Assembly (NCBI RefSeq): GCF_004010195.1
Contig: NC_057719.1
Coordinates: forward strand, 78,152,359 to 78,216,358
Direction: 5' to 3'
Source of the DNA: Chiloscyllium plagiosum
Lineage: Eukaryota
DNA length: 64,000 nt
The position numbers and the translations under genes were made by a program. Below the pieces are notes generated by a model that did not search any database, had not been told where the DNA came from, and was given only the letters and a program-made list of their open reading frames with translations. Below are positions 25,136 to 34,899 of the stretch, one piece after another; position 1 is the first letter of the stretch; every line of letters starts with the position of its first letter.

Positions 25136-28100
25136 TATTTCTTGTAGTATTTTTGATGAGTTGTTAAAATGGTGTCTGAATTCCTTCTTTCTGTATGTGG
25201 TGAGATGGTAGGAGTTAAAGTAAGAATTTATGCTGTTTTGTTGTGGATTGCAAGGCCATAAAATACTGCTTCATATTATGGCAGTTCTATTATTGCTCCT
25301 GCCCTAGGGAAAATATTTTATGTGGACTTAGCACAACGTTATTACAGTTGTGCATCAGCAAGTGTTTATGAATTAAATATGAAGTATACCACTACTCATC
25401 CCTTACATTTTAATGAAAAACATAAAAGTAACCCTCCCACAATACTTTTGCAGCACCAATTCTTGTTTAAACCAAAGTCCTTTCATGATTCTGAAGCCTT
25501 TCCTGTCAATGTTGAAAGGATGTAGGGGTAGAGGTCCACAAATGATTGGTGCAAAACTGTAAAGGTACAAACGAAGGACTATGGGCGATCATTTCTAGAA
25601 GCAGAGAACTTAAATTAATCTTGTCTCGACCATAATTGAAGTATTGTGAATATGTTGCTCTGCTCTGCTTCTCAGTTGGAATTGCTATCATTGTTTGTCC
25701 ACGGATAGGACACAGCAAAATGATCATCCCTCTTTTAACATACTCAACCACGGGAATTATTAATCTACTAATGATTCTTGCCATGGTAAAATACTTTACT
25801 TTTATACATTAAATACATTAGCTTCTTGAAAATCCTTTACATTTAAAAATACTGTTGCTTTTTAAGGAGAAATAAAGACCTGAGAATTTGAATGTCTTCA
25901 CACCTTCATGTTCAAGCAAGTGTTTGATTAAGAGTAATGAGGCTAGATTTTCCTTCCAAGGGTGGGAAACAGAGGTTGTGTATTCATCCCAGAGAGATGA
26001 ACTCCCCCACTACCCCCCGCATCTCCCCCCCCCCCCCCCCCCACCTGCACTCACCAGAGAAAGTCACAAATTGGCAGTTTTTACCTGACCCCTCAATTGG
26101 TACTTAGAAAGGTTCTCTAACCATTGATGGCTTGTGTGCAGATTTGTGAAGTTGGAGAGCTATCCAGAGTCCTTCCAGCTTCTCAGGATAAGGAAACACA
26201 TTTCACAAAGGTAGGTAAGAAAGCAGGTGCTTCTAGACAGCTTTGAGTATATATTAGGTCTCTCATATATTCATTACGTAAATACTTAATGTTTTGCCGT
26301 GGGGTTCTGGAACCTCTTTTGCCTTTATCCATATGGCTCAATGAGGTGTGTTTCTTGGTCAAGATATTGGAGGTTTAGGAGTCCATTTAATCTTGAAAAT
26401 CAGATACTGCACAGCCATATTTTATATTGAAGTCTGCAGTGACAAAACATAACTTATTCAATTTGCTCTATGATTATACCGTCAATTTTTTCTCCTCAAT
26501 CCTGAACCTATTGATGCCCCATTTTCAGAAATAATAACTTTGCTTGTCATTCTTGCGATGTGCCCATGAGCATATGGAGACAGTAGCCAGTTCTTTGCTG
26601 GGAAAGTAATGAGCATAGCAAGGGGACAATTTACCTTGATTCAAGAAGACCACTGAAGATTTGGTGACTTTCTATGTTTTCTACACAGACAAAACATTGA
26701 CTTATATTTGAACATTCTTCCAAATAGTTCTTAAAATTTAAATGGTCATGGTGAAGTCACTGTCCTTGAATAGACATACAAAGATGAAAACCATCTCGCG
26801 ATTTCATACCTTTTGTTGTTGTTTGCTAAGCCAAAATTGCTATCTCTGATCTTGAAACTTAACAATGAGAGCATTAAAGACACCAGTGAAATCATAAGCA
26901 GTTTTGAAAGGTCATCATTGATTCTTCATTGCATAACAATGTCTTCTAATAAATTTGTCTGTGTGCATAATTGACATATTGATTACCTGACCAAAATAGA
27001 TTGCAGTTAACAAACCTTGTTACCACAAGAACCATAGGGAAACCAGTCAGTCTGAAGACCAGTAGAACAAGAATGAGAATTTCTCCAAACAAAACTACAG
27101 AACCCTGTCTAATAATCCATCAACTCAGGCAGTATGAGGGGAATTAATTCATGTTCCCAGAAAAGTTTCATATCTACAGGAACTCTACCATTACCTCTTC
27201 TGAAAATCGAATGACATCCAAATTCCATTCATCTCCAAAGCACCATAAGATGGAATCAAGGTGTTACCATGTAGATCTTAAAAGCTTGAAGACTGAACAC
27301 ATGATTTCTTACTTATATTTCTACTAAACACCTAAGTGTGCTTTGTTTCTTGAAATAATTTTTACTGCATGTGTGTGTCTGCATTAAGAAACAGAAATGT
27401 TTTATCACAATGGAATGTTCTGTGAACAAAAATTTTTCTTCTGATTTGAAATTTATCCCAAGTTTGGGTTTGTGGTCATGATTAAGTTATATTCCTTTCC
27501 AACTTCCTCTCCCTTCGCTGATGTAATCGGACCTGTATCATCTTCATTATTAATGCTTCTTGATGTTAACACATTATTCTCCAAGGCCCCCCAGATTTTA
27601 TCACCATTACATTTACATTCTAAACATCTTCGGGCTTCACAGGATTAGTCTCTGTGTTGCTTTGACTGATCTCATGGATTTGGTTCTGATCGTAATCTGA
27701 GAGTGAAGATGTTCTTCACTCTCCTCCTTGTCAGTGTGAGTGTTCCTCTCAGGAGTTTCTTTTTCCTCCTCTTCTGAGTTCCAAAGTTCGATAAGTTTTT
27801 TTGTTCAATGATGTCATTTTACTATGCTTTCTCCTCATAATTCCATCATCTGTTTTAACGATATACAAATTTGGTTCTGGTGTCTTTGTTCTGTTCATTT
27901 CTTCTCTCTGTTGATCTCTTTTCCACACACTCTTCCTGGTTTAAAACTCTGGTAATGCTTGTGCTTACTACCTTTTACTGAAGTTTCAAACGTGGTTGCC
28001 TGTTTGTGTTCATTCTCAGTAATGTGAGGTTTTACCATCTGAAACAGAAATAGAAGTTACGTTCTCAATTCCCTGTCCATCAGTAACTCTGACAGTGTAA

Positions 28101-29704
28101 CCCGTTCTGTATTGGTAAGGATCAGAAACTTAACAGTGCAAGATTCAAATTTTTGTTTCTCTTCATAAATTCTTTAATTGTTCGCACTTCTCCATTTATT
28201 TGACAAAACTGGGGTGAACTGGAATCATGAATGAAATCACATTCATGTGCAAATCTCTGAAATTGATCAACTGTAAACTATAGTCCATTGTCTGATGTCT
28301 TAGTGTTTGGATTCCTTTGTATAATTTTATTTTTACCTCTGCTGTAATATTGTGCAAATACTTGATTTCCATCCATTTTAAGCAATCTATAAGAACAATG
28401 AAGACCTTCCTTTTAGGATGAATAAACCCATTCCTCGGTGCTCCCTTGGCCTTGATTGAAAAGATGAAGGTAATAGTGGGTCTTCGTCCTCTTGGCTATT
28501 TACAGCAAACAGAATACAGTTAGCAATACATTCCTCTATAGAGGAGTGATGCAAACACTAAACTGTTTGCTGCAACTTACATGCCAGATTGGAAATTGTC
28601 CTTGATGAATTCATCTCAGTATCTCAAGTCAAACTCGTGCTTTTACTGTTTCGTTGAAGACTAGCAAGTCATCAATGATAGTGAGGTGCTTGCACTTTCA
28701 AACTACTGGCACAATGTTGGTTTGTTAGGTACACAGAGTTTGGCCATACTTTCAGACAATACTTCTGGATTTGCTTGCATTTTTCGGTTTGTTCTTGGGT
28801 TCTTTGTATCTCTTGAAGCTCCCTTTCAGTAGCGGTAAATGTTTAGTAACCTCTGATGTTCTAAATGACTTCTAAATCTTGTTCTGTTATATTCAATGGC
28901 ATCCCTGAAAATGCGTCTACTTTTTTTTTATTTTTCTGTATATATTCTGGAGTTGAGTCATACCTCATAAATATTAATCTGAGTGTTGAATATTGATTGG
29001 CATCCTAATGATTTCTTTTGTATTCAGAGCAGTGACCTATTGTTTGTGGTCAATTTCAATTTTGAACTGTAAGCCATGAAATAATCTGTTTTCATCTGCC
29101 CTGGTAACGGTTAGGCTTCTTTCTGAGTTGTGACACAGTAGTGTTCTGACTCTGTTAGACATCTGGAAGAATAAAAGACTGGTCTGCACATTCTACCTTT
29201 TTTGAATTTGAAAGTGTACTGCCTCTAATCCTGTTGAAGATCAATGATGATTGCTACTATAATTGGTAAAAGTGAATATTGTATGCTTAGATTTCTGAAG
29301 AGATCAGGAAATGCTTTGTTAAAAGTTTTTTTCTTTTCCCAGGTTGATATTCCAGCACCATAATTGACTCAAGAGATAGAAGAAGTATCAGAATTCTTTA
29401 ACCTCTGCCAAGCTGGGTAACAACTTGTCCACTTGACAGTCTATGAAGAATTCTGATGTGGATTTCAAACGGTAATCTGTTAATACTATACCATCCAAAA
29501 GATGCAAAAAATGTAACTGGCTTTCTGGAGACTCCACCCAGTGATTGCCAATGTCCAGTGTTCACACCCAGTTTATTGAACAGAACAGCCTGGTTAGTTT
29601 TGCTAGTCTTTCATATACTGAAGCCCTTAGGTGAATCACATTTCCACATCTTTATTTAAAGTTAAAGACATATGAATAGGAAGAGTTTGGAGGGATTTTT
29701 TTTA

Positions 29705-30010
29705 AGATTAGGATCCTTACAGTGTGGAACAGGCCCTTCGGCCCAACAAATCCACACCAACCCTCCGAAGAGCAACCCACCCAGACCCATTCCCCTACAT
29801 TTACCCCTGGCTAATGCACCTAACACTATGGGCAATTTAGCATGGCCAGTTCACCTAACCTGCACGTCTTTGGACTGTGGGAGGAAACCCACACAGACAC
29901 GGGGAGAATGTGCAAACTCCACACAGACAGTTGCCCAAGGTGGGAATTGAACCCGGGTTGCTGGCGCTGCTGTGAGGTAGCAGTGCTAACCACTGAGCCA
30001 CTGTGCTACC
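29705..30010 (-). mobile_element. HE1-like SINE (first of a tandem pair)
   Basis: Complete antisense head, V-core and tail. Confidence 0.9.
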
Positions 30011-30013
30011 CAA

Positions 30014-30326
30014 GATTAGATTAGATTCCCTCCAGTGTAGAGCAGGCCCTTCACCCAACCAATCCACACCAACCATCCGAAGAGTAACCCACACTGACTA
30101 ATTTCACTCTGACTAATGCGCCTAGCACTGCGGGCAATTCAGCATGGCCAATTCACCTGACCTGCATATCTTTGTGACTGTGGGAGGAAACCAGAGCACC
30201 CGGAGGAAACCCACGCAGACACGGGGAGAATGTGCAAATTCCACACAGACAATCACCCGAGGCTGGAATAGAATCTGGCACCCTGGTGCTGTGAGGCAGC
30301 AGTGCTAGCCACTGAGCCACCACGCC
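30014..30326 (-). mobile_element. HE1-like SINE (second of a tandem pair)
   Basis: Complete antisense head, V-core and (TCTAA)n tail. Confidence 0.9.
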
Positions 30327-30394
30327 TCCCAAAAATGACCAGCCCTGACACTGCACTGCAAGCATCGCACACTCGCCAACCTCAGCACTTCACT

Positions 30395-30441
30395 TGGTCA
30401 GTGCGGGGATTGAACCCACGACCTTGGCGTTATCAGCACCA
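30395..30441 (-). pseudogene. tRNA-Ile-like fragment (anticodon GAT), lacking the 5' acceptor strand and D arm; probably a SINE head
   Basis: Minus strand TGGTGCTGATAACGCCAAGGTCGTGGGTTCAATCCCCGCACTGACCA resembles the 3' two-thirds of vertebrate tRNA-Ile. Confidence 0.65.
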
Positions 30442-31250
30442 ATGAGCCAATGCTGTCAAATGGGACAAGATTAATTTAGGATATCTGGTTGGCATGGTCA
30501 AGTTGAACCGAAGAGTCTGTTTCCATGCTGTACATATCTATGACTCTAACTGCGTTAAATTCAGAAAGTGCTCATTGAATTATTTGGTTTTGGTACCATG
30601 CTGAACAGAATCTTGTTAGCAAAGTAGTTAATGATACCACTCCCTATCACTGGATAGTGTTTACTTCTTCATTAACTTTGGCTAAGAGGAAGTGAGAGCA
30701 CTTCCCTTGGTATATATTTTAGATTTAATTTATTATTCTTACATTTACCTAGGTACAATGAAAAGTTTTGATTTGCATGATGTACAGGCAGATCGAACCA
30801 GATAAGCAGATGACACTGCCTTAACTTTCCACAAATCTGAGTATCATTTTGAGAAATCAGTTGAAAGTTGCTCAATATCTGCAATCTCATTAAGTTTACA
30901 CATCAAACTCGACTTTAAGCATGCCTTTCTGCTTGGCAGAAAATATTGATTCGAAATGACATGGAGAGATTCCACAATTTCTCTTTGCCTACATCTGAGC
31001 TGCAGCATGATTTGCTTTTTTAAGTTTAAAGGTGTTACGACAGTGGAACTCGCAAATTTGTGGAAGATGGTTATAATTTTATTTGTTTAAGCCCACTTAA
31101 GTTGATTTAAATATACAGAAACTCCAGCTTCAGTATCTAGGTTAAACACTGAACAGTGGCCATTTACTTCTAAGTTGACACTCCAATATTTGTGCTGAAA
31201 ATGTGTTGCTGGAGAAGCGCAGCAGGTCAGGCAGCATCCAGGGAACAGGA

Positions 31251-31287
31251 GAATCGACGTTTCGGGCATAAGCCCTTCTTCAGGAAT
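31251..31287 (-). ncRNA. Minimal hammerhead ribozyme motif
   Basis: Minus strand AUUC CUGAAGA A GGGC-UUAU-GCCC GAAAC GUC GAUU. Confidence 0.72.
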
Positions 31288-31738
31288 GAGGAAGGTGTGT
31301 CCAGCAGGCTAAGATAAAAGGTAGGGAGGAGGGANNNNNNNNNNNNNNNNNNNNNNNNNNNNNNNNNNNNNNNNNNNNNNNNNNNNNNNNNNNNNNNNNN
31401 NNNNNNNNNNNNNNNNNNNNNNNNNNNNNNNNNNNNNNNNNNNNNNNNNNNNNNNNNNNNNNNNNNNNNNNNNNNNNNNNNNNNNNNNNNNNNNNNNNNN
31501 NNNNNNNNNNNNNNNNNNNNNNNNNNNNNNNNNNNNNNNNNNNNNNNNNNNNNNNNNNNNNNNNNNNNNNNNNNNNNNNNNNNNNNNNNNNNNNNNNNNN
31601 NNNNNNNNNNNNNNCCCCCACCCCCGTCTGACCTATCACCCTCACCTTGACCTCTTTCCACCTATCACATTTCCGACGCCCCTCCCCCAAGTCCCTCCTC
31701 CCTACCTTTTATCTTAGCCTGCTGGAGAAACTTTCCTC

Positions 31739-31775
31739 ATTCCTGAAGAAGGGCTTATGCCCGAAACATCGATTC
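31739..31775 (+). ncRNA. Minimal hammerhead ribozyme motif with a G>A change in the ACGU palindrome
   Basis: AUUC CUGAAGA A GGGC-UUAU-GCCC GAAAC AUC GAUU. Confidence 0.6.
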
Positions 31776-32214
31776 TCCTGTTCCCTGGATGCTGCCTGAC
31801 CTGCTGCACTTCTCCAGCAACACATTTTCAGCTCTGATCTCCAGCATCTGCAGACCTCACTTTCTCCTTTTTTCACTCCAATATTTGTGTTCTCCCAGAA
31901 TGAATTGCTTTTTCTGATCTCATGGTTTTCTATCTTGCGAATGAAGCATTGCTCTCAGGATTTCTCACTTTGTTTTCCAGTTGTCTGTATCTTAAATTGA
32001 CAGGCTGGTCTAAAAGGAACTATTTTACCACAATTTGGCACCACTGAACATTCCTCCTGTTTATGCGGCATGCTTCCCCTACAGCAAAGAAACGTCAACA
32101 GTGTTCGGGTGCACTTTTTTCTGTTTTGTCAGGCTACATTTTTTGTACACCTTCTCCTTTGTGGCTACAAACTAAATTTCCTGCTCCAATTTTGATCCCA
32201 TGACTTATTAGATG

Positions 32215-32383
32215 GATGGTAAGTTGCCCTGCAGTGTTCCAGGGATTTGCAGGCTGGGTGGGTTAACCATGATAAATGTGGGATTAAGGGGATAGGGTGG
32301 GGAGATGGGTCAGGGTGGGATGCTGTTCGATGCAGATTTGATGGACTGAATGGCCACATTCCACACCGAAGGGATTCTATGAT
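32215..32383 (+). mobile_element. HE1-like SINE 3' fragment inside the Gypsy gag
   Basis: gggtcagggtgggatgctgttcg...ccacaccgaagggattctatga. Confidence 0.7.
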
Positions 32384-32949
32384 GCTATTAGTTTCCCCTT
32401 GAATGATCACCCTGTTTGTTTCCAAAGTTCATTTTGCCTAAAGGTTAGCACGACTTTCTCCAACATTAAACTTTCTTTGGTTTGTGTAAGGACTGACAAA
32501 GCATCATCTTGCCACCCTGATAATCATCTGCCATGAATCAATTTAGCCTTCAAACTTTTGTCAATGAAATTCTTTGCGAGCTCATAAATGGGCTTCCTAG
32601 TGTCTGGTTTCTTTCAATTAAATTCCATGTGTTTGATAAGTAAATTCATGAAATTGTATTTTTTAAGCATTTTGCTGAAATATACAATAAATGCTCACAA
32701 CACCTCTCAGCAGTGCACTGTCTTGCAAGCACGTCATTAGCAATCAGTGTAAAGTAATATACTGACCTAGTTCTTCTGCCTTTGTTTATTTAATTATGTC
32801 GCTAATTAACCTCTTTTTCTAATTCTCCCATTGGCCAGGTGTGATCCATCAATTTCCTAGAGTATTTCTATATGTGGTAGGTTGGCTTCCAAGCCTCTTC
32901 TGGAGTTATTCCTACATTTGTGACTGTGCCTATCACACTGTTTTTTTAA

Positions 32950-33273
32950 AATTAGATTATAATCCCTGCAGTGTGGAAACAGGCCCTTCGGCCCAACAAG
33001 TCCACACTGACCCTCCGAAGAGCAACACACCCAGACCCATTCCCCTACATTTACCCCTGACTAAGACACCTAATACTACAGGCAAATTAGCATGGCCAAT
33101 TCACCTAACCTGCACATCTTTGGACTGTGGGAGGAAACTGGAGCACCCGGAGGAAACCCACACAGACACAGGGAGAATGTGCAAACTCCACACAGACAGT
33201 TGCCTGAGGTGGGAAGTGAACCCAGGTCCCAGGTGCTGTGAGGCAGCAGTGCTAACCACTGAGCCACCGTGCT
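32950..33273 (-). mobile_element. HE1-like SINE, full length
   Basis: Complete antisense copy. Confidence 0.92.
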
Positions 33274-33755
33274 ACTGTTCATTGCTATTTGTAGTGATAT
33301 AACTTCTGGAGTCTAACAGCCTTATTAGAATTGCCCATTAACTCTCTTGGATCTCTTAACGAAGTGCAACATTATCCATTAATAAAACAGCAATTTAGAA
33401 TAGCATTTTCTTGTAGTGTATTTTTACAAAAAAAAGTGAAAAATTTCAAAAGTTGCCATGCCTAAATTAACGACAGAAACCATAAAAAGGAAGAAAAAGA
33501 GAGTAAAAGTTTATCATAGTTCAATTAACGACTCCGGGGTTTGGGGTACGCTGGGAAACTGCCATTGTATTTCTAATACACTTTTGTTGAGCTTTAGAAA
33601 CTTTACACTGTGGGTAGGCAAGTTATATTTTAGTTTTTTTCATTTCACTGCAGGGCTAGGCTGAGACTGCCCTGAGTTGAACCTTCCACGCCAGGACTAG
33701 ATCGTCACGTTGAGACCAGAATGCCACTCCAGATTGAGACTGCCCCTCCTGAACA

Positions 33756-33975
33756 AAGTTAAAAATCACACAACACCAGGTTATAGTCCAACAGGTTTAA
33801 TTGGAAGCACACTAGCTTTCGGAGCGTCGCTCCTTCATCAGGTGTTTCATCAGGTCACAATCACCTGATGAAGGAGCGTCGCTCCGAAAGCTAGTGTGCT
33901 TCCAATTAAACCTGTTGGACTATAACCTGGTGTTGTGTGATTTTTAACTTTGTACACCCCAGTCCAACACCGGCA
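33756..33975 (+). mobile_element. Short fold-back (palindromic) Penelope-derived element flanked by an 11-bp direct repeat
   Basis: Arms 33753-33844 and 33862-33953 are reverse complements with one mismatch. cctcctgaaca occurs at 33745-33755 and 33976-33986. Confidence 0.9.
33862..33896 (+). ncRNA. Minimal type I hammerhead ribozyme (mirror copy on the minus strand at 33810-33844)
   Basis: CAC CUGAUGA A GGAGC-GUC-GCUCC GAA AGCU A GUG: stem I CAC/GUG, 5-bp stem II, palindromic AGCU; predicted cleavage after CUA (33893). Confidence 0.8.
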
Positions 33976-34344
33976 CCTCCTGAACAGGACCACCTCATCA
34001 GGAGACCACCCCGTCAGGCCTATACCACCAACTCTGGACCCTTGGAAGCCACCTCATCACTGGGCCTGAGCCGGGAGAAGATGCCTTCTCCAAAGTTGTT
34101 AAAAGAAGGTAAGGTACCATAATAAATGGAAACTTTTTCACTTAAAAAAGCATAGAAAGGATAAAAAAGTAAAGCAGACGCAGTAGACAAATTCCAGGTG
34201 CCTGGGCTGAGAAGCCCCATACATTGTGCTGCTGCTCCATCACCACCTTGGGAAAAATTTCAAAAGCTTTTAGCTAATTTATACAAATTGCATTTCCAAT
34301 CCATTTTTGTTAAGCTTTAGAAAATTTACACTGTGGGTAGGCAG

Positions 34345-34437
34345 TACTGCTCCTCGGATGCTGCCTGAACTGCTGTGCTCTTCCAGCACCACTAATCCAG
34401 AATCTAGTTTCCAGCATCTGCAGTCATTGTTTTTACC
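34345..34437 (+). mobile_element. Penelope 3' terminal fragment
   Basis: ctcctcggatgctgcctgaactgctgtgctcttccagcaccac matches 21376-21415. Confidence 0.8.
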
Positions 34438-34899
34438 AAGTTTTATTTTCATTTCACTGCAATTATAAGGCAACTTAATAAGAATTAGTGGCAATCTTTA
34501 AAGGGTATTATATTTCAAAGTAATAAGAATAGGGCTTTCAATGTGTAATTTTCTCTTTCAATGTTTGCCCAGTACCCATGATCAGGGAAGACAATTCTTC
34601 CAGTTTCTGTTCTTGTGGTGCAACATTTGCAGTGATATTGATTGGTGTAAGCAACACATTACCAAGTTCCCATCGCTGCATCATTTATGTCTCTACGCTG
34701 TAGTAATATGAAATTGACACTCCTATGAATGAACAGCGACAGGCTTTATCCAACATAATCATGTACACAGGATTGTGAAAGAGGACATCTTATTTGGAAT
34801 CCTACAGATCCATACTCCAATTTCGCGTGATTTTCTGTTGTTATGACATAGCTCCTTTTGCACATACTCAATAACAGTACCAAGAATACAGGAAGAAAT

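Larger units (their letters stand above)
29665..30549 (+). mobile_element. Short CR1 3' fragment (about 29665-29696 and 30442-30549) split by three nested insertions
   Basis: atgaataggaagagtttggagggat ... atgagccaatgctgtcaaatggga...tctatgactcta rejoin into the CR1 3' end seen intact at 54730-54868. Confidence 0.75.
31195..31873 (+). mobile_element. Non-autonomous Penelope-derived insert with inverted termini and a 16-bp TSD
   Basis: 31194-31334 is the reverse complement of about 31692-31833. cactccaatatttgtg occurs at 31179-31194 and 31874-31889. The centre is an N gap. Confidence 0.88.
27637..32920 (-). mobile_element. Decayed Ty3/Gypsy LTR retrotransposon internal region (gag-PR-RT-RH-IN), with nested insertions
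   Basis: Collinear motifs on the minus strand: gag with Cys-knuckle relic (about 32090-31990), protease FNLDTEAGVSV (about 31137), RT FNKLGVNTGHWQ...FGWYSINRLPFEI (29580-29461), RNase H FHGLQFKIEIDHKQ (about 29080-29040), integrase TSDNGL*FT..F..FA...SSSPQF (about 28300-28200), ELLMDRELRT, PNLYIVKTDDGIMRRK, ending RLIL* at 27637. Confidence 0.88.

Noticed and set aside
26990..27630. Possible 3' LTR and polypurine tract of the first Gypsy fossil
   Set aside because: Purine runs exist (about 27490-27520 and 27586-27600 on the minus strand), but no matching second LTR copy could be seen by eye.
29320..29345. Strong-looking splice acceptor ttttttcttttcccag
   Set aside because: It is the antisense of the purine-rich Gypsy pol relic.
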